Positions 47,531 to 58,178 of a stretch of DNA of 64,000 nt are shown here, one piece after another. A model generated the notes under the pieces. That model searched no databases, was not told the origin of the DNA, and saw only the letters and a list, made by a program, of their open reading frames with translations. Position 1 is the stretch's first letter. Each line of letters opens with the position of its first letter. A program made the translations under genes and the position numbers. This DNA comes from Pelagomonas calceolata (taxonomy: Eukaryota), in the NCBI GenBank assembly GCA_918797485.1, contig CAKKNE010000002.1:124001-188000 (forward strand). Direction: 5' to 3'.

Positions 47531-48658
47531 CTACAGCTTATTCAGCATCGGGAGGCGGGCCTTGGCATTCCTGGGGTCAGGAGGTGCATTCTCGCCCAAG
47601 TCCTTAGCAAGGATTTGGCCGAGCGCGCCCAGGTACCTCTTTGATTCCATCCTCTTGCCTTTGATTTTCTGCGCTGCTCCATGAGCCGTCCGGACGTGCT
47701 CGTTCCACGTGTTGAGTCCGGTGTGCGGTGTATTTGGAGTAGGTGCACAAGGCCAGCTACCTGTCGAAGCATTCCGCGTAAAGGTTGCCTGGCCAGCAGC
47801 GACTCCCTTCCGAACGGTGGGGTACGCCTCCATCGCATCGAGACGAATGGCCATCGGCACTGTTTCAGTATAAAATGGCCAATTCTTGTAGTTCCACGGA
47901 AATCTTTCGTGGATGTTGTGGACTTCGCCGTAGCCCAGTTTCCAGGCCGCGAGGGGCGTCGGCAATTTTCTGCCTGGTAGCCGCCGAGCAACCTCGGCCT
48001 GGACATCCCCCCGAGCAAAAAGTGCATCGTTGAGGGCCACAGAGACCAACGCATATCCAAACGGGCGCAGTGCTTCGACGTAGCCAAGCAGGGAGCACCC
48101 ATATGCATCGCCGTCCAGTCGCCGCCAGCGCTTAAGGTAGCGATCATTGCAATAGCAGACAGGTGGCGGAAACTTTTCGTTGATTTCAACGTATACGAAA
48201 GCTGGCTTGCGCACGGCGAGTACGGCACGAACTACGACCACGTCGAACGAATCAATGTCTACCTTAAGCAACCGTGGCATCGCGGGACAGCCAGCCCCGT
48301 CCAAGAGCGCCGCCACGCCGTCCGGCACTAGAAACTGGGTCCTTCGCACGATGTTTTTGCCAGCCCACTTAATGGGGTCGTCCGCGTCTACAGCCAACCC
48401 GATTGCGGCGTTGCTGCGCATGTGCTCGGAAACGACGTCATCAATGTCTCTTACAGGCTTTCTTGGATCGTAGTGCGCGCCAAAATTGATCACGTAGTTT
48501 GACGAGTTCCAGTGGCCACCCATGACCTCTAGAAACCAACTGTTTTTGTTGAGCCAAGGGTTCTTCGACACGATCGGGTTGTGGTAGGAATGCGACACGT
48601 CTGGCCGCTGCGCCCCGACCTGGGCAGCGACGAAGGGCAGAATCTCTCGCCATCCCAT
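47531..48658 (-). CDS. FkbM-like methyltransferase-fold protein
   Basis: VINFGA...LAVDAD...LLKVDIDSFD...YVEINEKFPPP...YGCSL...GYALV...NDALF. Confidence 0.7.
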   Translation of the reverse strand: MGWREILPFVAAQVGAQRPDVSHSYHNPIVSKNPWLNKNSWFLEVMGGHWNSSNYVINFGAHYDPRKPVRDIDDVVSEHMRSNAAIGLAVDADDPIKWAGKNIVRRTQFLVPDGVAALLDGAGCPAMPRLLKVDIDSFDVVVVRAVLAVRKPAFVYVEINEKFPPPVCYCNDRYLKRWRRLDGDAYGCSLLGYVEALRPFGYALVSVALNDALFARGDVQAEVARRLPGRKLPTPLAAWKLGYGEVHNIHERFPWNYKNWPFYTETVPMAIRLDAMEAYPTVRKGVAAGQATFTRNASTGSWPCAPTPNTPHTGLNTWNEHVRTAHGAAQKIKGKRMESKRYLGALGQILAKDLGENAPPDPRNAKARLPMLNKL

Positions 48659-48941
48659 GCTGCCTCTTTTTCATACACTGGCAAGTTGTTCAAAACGTAG
48701 CAATGCACACTGTACCTACCGCAGTACGGTACCGTAGACCCCCTGTATACCGGTAATATACGAGGCTCCGGGCTCAACCGGCTTCGACATACTCTTGCTA
48801 AAAGCGTCGAACTTTGGAAATCAGAGGACTAGGGCTAGCGAGGACTTCGCGGCGCTGCGGCGTGGGAATGGCCGAGGAGGACAGCTGCAGCCCGCAAAAA
48901 AGCCACAAGACGACAGATTGATTGGCCGACAGACGACAGAC

Positions 48942-50852
48942 ATGAACAGTGTCCACGGGCCTGGGCCGACGCCGCCAGCACACAGCTCGTACGGGGCTCC
49001 GGAGGACGCAGACGACGCTAGAGATTCAAAAAAGGCGGCATTGAAAGCGCGGCGCCGCGCTAGCAAGGCGGCTCGACGCGCGGCGGCGGGCCTGTCGGCG
49101 CGCGCGCCCCGCTTCGGCGCGCGCAACGAGAATCGCGCGGCTGTATTCGTCAAGTTCCTCGTCGAGACGTTTGGCGTCGAGCGGCTGCGACGCGAGGGCG
49201 TCTGCGACGTCGCCGGCGGGCGCGGAGAAATCACGTGTCGGCTGGCGCACTGCCACGAGGTGCGGTGCGTGCTCGTCGAGCCGCGCGAGGCCGTCGACCT
49301 CCAGGCGACGGTCCTCAAGCGCGTCGCGCCGCGGCTGCCCGCGCGCTACCGGCGGCACCTGGAGGAGGCGGGCCGAAGCGAGCGCATCGAGCGCCTCGCG
49401 ACGGTCGTCGAGTCGCCGTTCCCGCCGCGCGACGCGGCGCTCGCAGCGCTCGTCGCCGGCTGCGGCATCTGGGTCGGGCTGCACGCTGACGGCGCGACCG
49501 AGGCGATCGTCGAGGAAGCGCTGCGCGCGCGCAAGGCGTTCGCGGTCGTTCCTTGCTGCGTCTTTCCTAGGTTCTTCGCTACGCGCGCGACGGAAGACGG
49601 CCGGCCCGTGCGTACGACGGCGGACCTCGTATCATACCTCGCGGCCAAAGACGCCCGGACCTGTACCACGACCCTGGCCTTTGAAGGCAAGAACCGTGTG
49701 GTATCGTGCGACGCGTCGGCCGTTCGCGTCGCCGCAGGCCCGGCCGACGTCTCTTCCGCCGTCCTCGCCAACGAGCCCATCTTGATTGAGGATTCCGCCG
49801 CAACGTGGCGTGCGACGCGGAGCTGGACCGCCGACGGAAAGCTAGTTGTTCAGAATGTCCAGCGTGATTTGGGGGACTGCGTGGCGCCAGTGGTCGCGGG
49901 CGATGGCGCGCGCACCACCATGCGGGTCCGAGAGTTTCTGACGACCCTGCACGACGAGGGCACAGGCTACCTCAAGGACTTCCACCTACACTGCGCCTCG
50001 CCCGGATGGTACGCACCGCCCCCAGGCCTCGATGACGACTGGCTTAACAGGTTTTGCGACCGGGAGGGACGAGACGACTTCCGTTTCTTGTATCTCGGCG
50101 GCGACGGGAGCAGAACTCCATTGCACGCGGACGTGCTCTCGAGCCACAGCTGGTCTGCAAATATCTGCGGGGCAAAAGAATGGTGGCTGTTCCCGCCATC
50201 GGAGACGAGCAAGCTCCAGGACGCGGCCGGAGTTTATGTCGACGACGTGCGGCTGGGATTTTACGACGCTGAGCGCTTTCCACGCGTCGCTGACGCCGCG
50301 TGTCTCAGGGTAACGCAACCGCCACGGTCCACACTCTTCGTGCCGTCGGATTGGAGACATATGGTCGTCAACGTCGGTGCGACGCTTTCGATCAACCACA
50401 ACTGGTTTGAGGCCGGCGCTATCCCGAATGTCTGGCGCTACCTCGATACTGAGGCACGCGCCACCGCGGCCGAGCTCGAGGCCTGCCGTGCCGACGTCGA
50501 AGGAAGAGGCGGCGAGTTGTCAGAGTTTTTGTGGCTTCGCGAGCGCGTGCTCCGTGCGTCTGCGAGACTCAATGTCTCTGACTTCGTCGCCATGTGCCGC
50601 AGCGAAGTCTGCGCGCGCGATACGCTCGCGCCGGCCGGCAGCGCGCCCGAAGACGAGAGGCGCGTCCGCGACGGCGTCAGTCTCGCGCTCCGAGCCGTCG
50701 CCGCCGACCATGCGGGCAGTCTCTTCCTCGACGAGTCGGGCACCTGGCCCCGCGACGAAGACGCCGCGTCCTGGTCAAGATCGGCCAGAGACCGGGGCAC
50801 CGCAGCGCTCGCTGAGGTGCTGGCGGCGCTGGAGCCCGAGGTGCTTCTGTAG
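48942..50852 (+). CDS. Class I methyltransferase-like domain fused to a JmjC (JMJD4-like) dioxygenase
   Basis: VCDVAGGRG and GLHADGATEAIV...FAVVPCCVF; then YLKDFH, FRFLYLG...TPLHADVLSSHSWSANICGAKEW, LFVPSDWRHMVVN...SINHNW (HxD...H triad). Confidence 0.88.
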   Translation: MNSVHGPGPTPPAHSSYGAPEDADDARDSKKAALKARRRASKAARRAAAGLSARAPRFGARNENRAAVFVKFLVETFGVERLRREGVCDVAGGRGEITCRLAHCHEVRCVLVEPREAVDLQATVLKRVAPRLPARYRRHLEEAGRSERIERLATVVESPFPPRDAALAALVAGCGIWVGLHADGATEAIVEEALRARKAFAVVPCCVFPRFFATRATEDGRPVRTTADLVSYLAAKDARTCTTTLAFEGKNRVVSCDASAVRVAAGPADVSSAVLANEPILIEDSAATWRATRSWTADGKLVVQNVQRDLGDCVAPVVAGDGARTTMRVREFLTTLHDEGTGYLKDFHLHCASPGWYAPPPGLDDDWLNRFCDREGRDDFRFLYLGGDGSRTPLHADVLSSHSWSANICGAKEWWLFPPSETSKLQDAAGVYVDDVRLGFYDAERFPRVADAACLRVTQPPRSTLFVPSDWRHMVVNVGATLSINHNWFEAGAIPNVWRYLDTEARATAAELEACRADVEGRGGELSEFLWLRERVLRASARLNVSDFVAMCRSEVCARDTLAPAGSAPEDERRVRDGVSLALRAVAADHAGSLFLDESGTWPRDEDAASWSRSARDRGTAALAEVLAALEPEVLL

Positions 50853-51049
50853 AAAATATGGGGCTGTGATGTGTGTACAGCCAGCATGGTCATGCCAGCG
50901 GTATTGGCGACTGAGGTCATAGGTGAATCCCCGTGTGAATATATAGCACTGGATGTACTTCTAGTAATAGATGGGTAAAAGGGTTTTTTTTATTTTCATC
51001 CTGCCCGTTTTTATTTTCGTACGGATCCCGGAGTGCTTTTTTAATTTAG

Positions 51050-51578
51050 TAGTATATGAGTTGTAGCCCTTTTTACATCAAAACGGACGTTCACGGGAAA
51101 ACCCGTTCACTTTCCGCGTTGATGTAAAAAGGGCTACAACTCAATTATATCAAGACCAAAATCCATGGTTCTGGGCGGTCGATTTTGGGGGTCTAATGAT
51201 TTCTAGTATGCCAACGAAGAGCTACTGACTCGGACTGATTACGGAGCCGAGTATTGGCACAACAAGTTCTGTGAAGATACGCCGTGCTTCGTAAAAAATA
51301 GATACTACGACGATGACGATGACTTGTCCGACTATACTCCTTTGATCTTGCATTATTCGCATGGCGGGACTAACTCAACTATATATTCGAAATAACCCCC
51401 TACTAGTATTCATGAAATATACTAGAAATCATTAGACCCCCAAAATCGACCGCCCAGAACCATGGATTTTAGTCTTGATATAATTGAGTTGTAGCCCTTT
51501 TAACATCAACGCGGAAAGTGAACGGGTTTTCCCGTGAACGTCCGTTTTGATGTAAAAAGGGCTACAACTCATATACTA
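51050..51578. mobile_element. Nested fold-back/MITE with 160 bp arms, each starting with an ~87 bp self-complementary mini-element
   Basis: 51050-51209 is the reverse complement of 51419-51578. Each arm contains TGAGTTGTAGCCCTTTT(T/A)ACATCAA...TTGATGTAAAAAGGGCTACAACTCA. Confidence 0.88.
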
Positions 51579-52837
51579 AACTTACATGCGCGACTCGGAT
51601 GGCAGTAATCCACACCGTCGTAGTTGCAATACCGAAAAAGCACCTCTGACTGCATTACGATGCCTCTCCGGCGTTTGACTCCAGGTAAACTTGCGGGGTC
51701 GCAGGAGCACGTCGTGTTGAGATTGACAAGCGATGCCGCCGACGCCGTGGGCATTCTCCAGCTTAGCTCGCCGCGGCACACAATCGGGTTATGGGCTTTG
51801 GTCCAGGTGTCTGGGGCTTGCTTGTAGCTTCGTAGCTGGGTCTCCCGGAGTATGTAATACTCGAACCAAAACCGGCGGAGTGCCTCAGGGCGTTCAGGCT
51901 CAAGGTGCGATTTTATGGCCTTCCTGAGCCCTGCCTGACGAAATCCGCACGGATGCGTGAGGATGGTGATGCCTGGTTTGCTTGGCCACCATGAGCAGTG
52001 TGCGTAGGCAGATGCGTAGTGGCGAAGCGCCACCTGTGAGCCAAGAGCAAACTGGTCGTTGAGCGGGACGTCGATGGAGGCCGGAATTAAGAGATGTGGA
52101 TGCTGGTTTGCCACAAGGTTGAGGAAGAGTGGCTCGTGCGGAAAGGCGATGTCAGGCCGAGTGAGGACGACGGCGTCGTATGTCTGGTTCCGCCGCTGCG
52201 CGTGCGCCTCGAGTGCTGCGAACGCCAGGAAGCGCGACCTGTAATTGTTGAGGATGCCTTTGCTCTCTGCTGATTTATGCCGTGCGACATTAGAGGGAAC
52301 GCATTCCCGCTTCTGGCTGGTGCACGGTGCACCAATTTCGCTCGCGATGGCGGAAAGTGTCGGGAGATTGAAGTGCGCAACAACTACTTCTCGTCGCTGG
52401 ATGGTCGCCAATGTTTTTTTTATCACGTCGTAGTCAACGTCAAGGTCAACAGAGAGCCGGGCGAAGACGTCGACAGGAGCGTTAGGCGTGAGCACGCACC
52501 GCTCCAGGGACGGTAGCGAGTACCCCCACGTGCGCAACAGTCCCACGATGACAACCGCAAAGCGTGCCGGCCGCGCAGCAAATGTGTCGAGGTTTGATGA
52601 CCGGTAGACAGCGACCGACTGTTGCGTGTGCTCTGCGTCCCACCAGCCGCGGAGCGACGTTGTCTCCGCGACGACCTCGCTCACCGGTCGCCGCGGCTTG
52701 ACAACGAGGCCCTCGTCATTTGGTTGGGAGGCGGATCGGGGGGAGGTGCGGTTGTGCACTGCATCACCATCCACATGAACTACCCCTCCCGTGAGGGCAC
52801 AGCTTGCAAGTACTAGCACTGAACGTCTAAGGAGCAT
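51569..52837 (-). CDS. Secretory-pathway protein of a putative glycosyltransferase-like uncharacterised family
   Basis: Signal peptide; motifs AVVIVGLLRT, YDAVVLTRPD, LNDQFALG. Confidence 0.65.
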   Translation of the reverse strand: MLLRRSVLVLASCALTGGVVHVDGDAVHNRTSPRSASQPNDEGLVVKPRRPVSEVVAETTSLRGWWDAEHTQQSVAVYRSSNLDTFAARPARFAVVIVGLLRTWGYSLPSLERCVLTPNAPVDVFARLSVDLDVDYDVIKKTLATIQRREVVVAHFNLPTLSAIASEIGAPCTSQKRECVPSNVARHKSAESKGILNNYRSRFLAFAALEAHAQRRNQTYDAVVLTRPDIAFPHEPLFLNLVANQHPHLLIPASIDVPLNDQFALGSQVALRHYASAYAHCSWWPSKPGITILTHPCGFRQAGLRKAIKSHLEPERPEALRRFWFEYYILRETQLRSYKQAPDTWTKAHNPIVCRGELSWRMPTASAASLVNLNTTCSCDPASLPGVKRRRGIVMQSEVLFRYCNYDGVDYCHPSRACKFSI

Positions 52838-52879
52838 TTACGCGACGAGGCAAGTATCACAGCACAATAGCAAGAGTAT

Positions 52880-53495
52880 GTCTCAGCGTTATGTAAGTAG
52901 CAGGGTCCTAGCTAACCAGCTTAGAGCTGATAGGCCTGACTGCAAGAGTGTTTTATAGTGAACTGTTGTTACACCGTAGTGCTTTTGACACTCGATGTAT
53001 AGACTCAAATATTAGAGAGTGGGAGATACATATCTAGGGTAGGAAGGGCTAGTAGGTTTCTCTCTCTACTCCCCCTGGGCGCGAGCGTCCACTAGATGCG
53101 CTTCCACTAGAGGATGTATCAACTCATTCTATTCACAGGCAAAGTCCATGTGACAAGTGATAGGCTTCATAAGCAACAGACTTCTTCTCGAAATGAATAT
53201 CCGTAAATACTGTTGTTGGATCCTTCTCGTCCTTTTTCGGAAAGTCAGTAAACTCCTTCAAATGGACTGTCTGATAGGCTTCGGCTAACTTACCGACAAT
53301 AGTCTCTTCAAAGTTCATACCGAATCTATGAGCATGCATGGTAAATAAGCCTTTTTCCAGCAATTTTGAGAAGAAGTCAGCAACATTGTAGTTTCCGGGA
53401 CACCAGTAGGGTCTGATCATTCCAAGCTCATGATAGTCCCTGATTCTGAATTCCCGCAACGCAATGTGTCGGGATTTAGTACTATTGTTGCATCA
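52880..53495 (-). mobile_element. Ty1/copia retrotransposon 3' remnant (RNase H C-terminus, polypurine tract, probable LTR part)
   Basis: TKSRHIALREFRIRD...YWCPGNYNVADFFSKLL matches the copia KHI...ADxxTK motif. AGGGGGAG purine tract at 53069-53076 (minus). LTR limit approximate. Confidence 0.8.
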
Positions 53496-53684
53496 TAAGA
53501 CAATTTAACTCGCCAACAAATCATACAGATTCGCGACAGGTCGAACAGGACGTACATGCTTGGGAACTAATCCCAACTTAGGAATATAAATTCCAGCTCC
53601 ATAACTGCCAAAGGCTGCTGGGGTTAATACCCGGAGCATCATAGACGTAAATACAAGGATACGTGGCCATATCATAGCAGGTAC
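53496..53684. repeat. ~185 bp dispersed repeat module
   Basis: Reverse complement of ~62359-62541 with few substitutions. Confidence 0.85.
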
Positions 53685-53712
53685 TCTGGCTTACCGTGGT
53701 AAGCGCAGCAGC

Positions 53713-55366
53713 ATGGTGCGACCGGGCGCTGGCCTCTTTGCCTTGGCCACCGCGCTTGCAACGGATGCGCCGTCGGCCGTGGTGGAGGAGTCGAGGATCC
53801 CGTACAAGAACCTCGGCCGTTGTGGCGCGACGGGCCGCTGGGGCGAAGCGCTGGAGGAGAAACTGTTCTTCCTAAAGACGACGAAGACCGCCGGGTCGAG
53901 CATCCGGTCGCTGTTCGTGCGGTTCGCGCGTAGCGAGCGGCTGGCGGTCTTGCGTTCGACACAACCTGGCGGCGTCCTCTTCCCGGCGAGTGGGGCCAGC
54001 CAGCAGTGGGTCAAGCAGTTCGCGCCGATGCCGCTCGGTTACGCGCGGCCGCGGTCGCCGCTAGCAGCGCCGTACGATGTCGCGTATGACCACTCCACGT
54101 TGGACATTGCAAAGCTTAAAAAGTTTTTGCCTGGCGCACGATGGATAACGTCATCGCGCGAGGTCGCGAGCCGCGTCCTGTCGGCCATCGCCCTTTTCAA
54201 GCATGAGATGGACCCGGCTGCATATTTCGGCAGCTGTGTCCGCGTCGACGCGCGTGGTTTTTGTGCCGGTCCGCTCCCTAAGGCCACACAAAAGAACCAA
54301 AACCTCAACCGGATCTGGAACTCAGTGAGCTGGCAACTCGGCGCTCCAACGCCGGCCTACAATTTTGGGCACCGACCGCTCGGTGAGACGGTCGATCTAC
54401 TTGCGCGCATCCCAACGGCACCGCTCGTGAAACTCGTCGATGGTGCGCCGACCAACGAGACCTTCATGCTCGTCTTCCTCGTCGAGCGTTTCGAGGCATC
54501 CCTTGTGCTCCTTCGGTCGCTCCTCTGCTGGTGAGTACGCCCCGCTAGCGTTACCTTGGGATTGCATCGACGCACGTCCCTTTGTCACGCACAGGCGCTG
54601 GCTCGACGTGATCACCGAGCAACCGCCATTTAAGCAAGTCATGTCACCGAGTTTACATTATAAATTCTCTGCTGGACGCCTTGGAAATACCCCTGGGGTT
54701 CGCCAGGCTCCCTGCGAAATGATTCAGAGAAACCAAGGGCTGTGATCTTTAATCTTTGCACAGGTCATCCAGGACTCCAAGGTTCGGCACGCCCACCAGG
54801 AGGCGATGTTGCACAAGCTTGGCGCTCGAGGCCACCGGTGGCAGCCTGCGCGAAAGACACCACCACCTGCTGTCGCGGCGACCATTGCTGCACTCAATCC
54901 GCTCGACGCAGCAGTCCACGCGGCCGCAAAACGCGCATTCGCCAAGCACGTTGCGGCATACGGCGGTGAAGACGCGCTCGGGAGAGACATCACATTCTTG
55001 CGCCGATTCAAGCACGCACTTGCATTTGCATGCCTCGGCTGTCTCGCCGGTGCGCCAAGCCAGCTTGCAGCATTCGCCGAGGTTCCCTGTGGGGCCCTCC
55101 GCCCAACATGCGTCGACCTCCACAGAGGCGTAGACTCGAATCCGTGGTCATCTCGTCCGGACTCGAGAGCTGGTGCCATTGCCATGCGCCGGCGCGACGA
55201 TGCCGCCGCCGAGGCGGCGATCTCGGGCCTTGTGGGAGGGTGTACGCACTTTGCCAATGCCACGATTTGTCCGCGAGACGCGGCACTTTGCGCAACGGGC
55301 GAGCTCTGTGTCACTGGCAGCGACTCGGCTGTTACCGGACCGCTCAAATTCCGCTTTGAAGTCTAG
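53713..55366 (+). CDS. Galactose-3-O-sulfotransferase-like protein, 3 exons
   Basis: 5'-PSB-like LFFLKTTKTAGSSI, 3'-PB-like SREVASRVLSA, LVERFEASLVLL and C-terminal NPLDAAVH. GT-AG introns 54531-54594 and 54698-54763 keep the frame. Confidence 0.8.
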
Positions 55367-56353
55367 CTGGTGTAAACAAGAGCATGCCTGGAAATTTGAC
55401 GGCAAAGACCCGTCCTCGATGTCTCCCCGGAGCGGGCTGGGGGCCGCCGCAGTGGGGGCTTTAGACGTGGCTAGCTCGGCGCCATCGCGTGTGCACTTGT
55501 CACGGGTTGGTGCGCTGGAAAGCCCACAGCCAGGGCTACCCAGCCGCATTGGCCGTGACAAGTGCGCACGCGACGAGGCCGAGAAAAGCCGGCCTGAAGT
55601 CCGGCCCTTCGACGCACCCTTAGCGGGCCGCGCGAGGCTCCCCGCGAAAAGTTTTCGCTGAGCCGAGGCTGCCCGAGAAGGTACTGGAGCCAGTGGAACG
55701 CGCAGGGGCAGCTATCTGCACCAATTCCGTCGCTGAGATCATGCGCGGCGTACCGCCCCGCGGGCGCGACCTTCAAAAATCGCCAGGCGGCATGTGCGAA
55801 AGACGACAATGGGTCGGGCACATGCGTGGGGTACCCTCGGACACTGCGGGCGCGTTCGAGCGCTCGGGAAGCTGGATATAGTGTCGTATTATGTGTCTCG
55901 GTCGGGACCGTCTCGCAGTCGACTAAAAGCACCCGAACGACCAAAGGGCCTCGAGGCGCCTGCAGGCGAGGGTACTATCAACCCCCGTGAACGATAATTG
56001 ACGCTGAGGAGCCCCGGGGGGCGATGTGAGGGGGCGCGACGCGAGGGGGTGCTCCGAAATTTATCTAAATTTCCCTAGGAGTCCGTGTCTCGGGCGCCGA
56101 GGGCTCCAAGCGGCTCCCCCTCGCTCCGATAGCGTATTTTTCAAATGCGCGGTTTTTAGCGTGATTTATCGCGCGCCGTCGCAGCGAATTAAGTAAAAAG
56201 CGTGCGCCTAATTAGATGGCAGCCCGGTTTGCGTGCGTGGCACCCGACGACACCATAAGGAGCCCCCACGCCACCCTGCCTTGGATAGCGGCCCGCAAGG
56301 CAGGCAGCACAGCAAAGCCACCATCAAACCCAACGTACGGCAAAATCACACAT

Positions 56354-57961
56354 GGGGGGGTGCGTGGGTTGCAGGTTGCAGGTTTCCGCCTCCGAGTTGT
56401 GGTAGGTTTCAGGTTTCCGGTTCACGGAAACGGGCTCCCGAGGTTTCAGGTTGCGGGCCCCAGCTCCCGTCCGCGCCCGATAGGCGCGGATTCCGCGAGG
56501 AACTCCGAGACGCGCCATGCAGTCGTCTGAGTATCGTTCGGTTCGATACTGGTCCAAAGAGATCAATGGGACACTTACTGGGGGGCGAAAAAATAATTTT
56601 TTTAATTCGCGATATTGACGGTCCCGCCATGGCGGCCGCGCCAGTGGAATCCTGTCGGTTCGTGGCGCGGAGGTCTCCCTGGGGTCGCTTTGGGTCGGCA
56701 GTGGTCGCGCGCAAGCGCCTACACCGCACACGCCGCCGCTTCAAGCATATTTTGGCCAATTCTCTCAGCAGACAAAGGAGCTTTAGCAGGTTTAGGGCAG
56801 GTCTGGGTTCCGAGACCTCTAGGCTGCTGCATCGATGGCGTAAGCGGTGCAGGCGCTTACCCAACACCAGACCTACCCCGAGAGCCCTCCAGGAGCCGAT
56901 CTACCCCCGAAAAAAGTGTGTAATTTGGACGCGATGGCGCCCCGTTCCCGTCAAAAACGTCAATTACCCGAGGGCCCCCAGTAGTCGCCGTAGCGGTCTC
57001 GTTGGACCCCATACTACCCCAACGATAGTCAATTACGAGTATATGCCATCTACATTATAAGAAGGGTACTTTTTGCTGCCCACGCTCGGGACGTGAACAT
57101 CTTTATCTGGAGCTCGCGTAAGTCGGTCGATCATGAAGCAAATGATCGCGTCAAGGTCCATGGTGATGGTACACGGGCTGATGGTCGCAGGTCTGGTATT
57201 GCGCCCCATTTAGACGAGATCGTGGTCTCGCGAGATGGCCGAGCCGCCAAGAGTGTACGGAACCGTTAATGAAATGTAGTAGCCGTTCAGCCGTGCGCGC
57301 AGGCCCGTCCCACACCCGAAGCGGCGGAAACGCGAATTTATTTTATAAAACACCGGTCTGGGACCTTTCTGGTGCTCCGTCAACGCACCGTCGTCCACGG
57401 AGAACGGGCAAGTCTGTCGATTGTGAATAGAACAACGGCGTTATGGTCCATCTGGGTAGTGGCGTCGCTGATACTCGCGGGTGCAGGTATTGAGCCCGCC
57501 TTTGTCTAATCTTGGGGTCGCGGATTCGTCGTTTCGCGCGGCTCTAACGGGTCATCTAAAATAGCTCAGTAGCCGCTGATTCGACCTAGATGGACTCTAC
57601 CACTAACAAACGAAAGGAAACGAACATAAACGCGAGAGTTGTCTAGTAGAATTCTTTTCCCGCCCTCCGAGCGCGGGGCGTCGGCTCCGGTTCCGTCGAA
57701 TGTGTATGAAAACTGGGCTGGAGTTGATATGATGTACTATTTGGGTAGTAGATGGCGGCGTCAAACGCTGGTGTACTTTGGCGAGCCGCAAGACCTGGTG
57801 ATCTAGCGTATCAACACACTAGAAAAAGTGGTGCGCGGGTTTTGGTTGGTTGCAGGTTGCAGGTTGCGGCCCGATTCTCGCCGGAGGTTTCAGGTTTCCG
57901 GCTTTGGGAGTCCGGAAGTTTCAGGTTTCCGACTGAAATCCGCAACCCACGCACCGCCCCC
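56354..57961. mobile_element. Putative non-autonomous TIR element containing the 282 bp satellite family
   Basis: Ends GGGGGGGTGCGTGGGTTGC and GCAACCCACGCACCGCCCCC. Subterminal AGGTT(G/T)C heptamer runs at both ends; satellite-related units at ~57115-57520. Confidence 0.5.
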
Positions 57962-58178
57962 TTCACACTGAGCCCCCCTTGCATCGGCCGTCCGATAGAG
58001 CCAAACTTCCGGAAGCAGAGGCGCACCACACGCTGCGCACTGGGGCAGCCAAGTTGCGCCGAGACGCGGCAACTCTAACCAGCCCAGACTCAAGGTTACG
58101 AGCTTGTGGGCCCATTTTTGTTACATTGATTGGAATCGGAGCCTGAGATTGAACAATTTGTCCTATTTGTCCTTCGCG

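Noticed and set aside
48786..52882. 15 bp inverted match GACATACTCTTGCTA bracketing two convergent genes
   Set aside because: No target-site duplication, it does not match the duplication boundary, and a few 15-mer matches are expected by chance in 64 kb.
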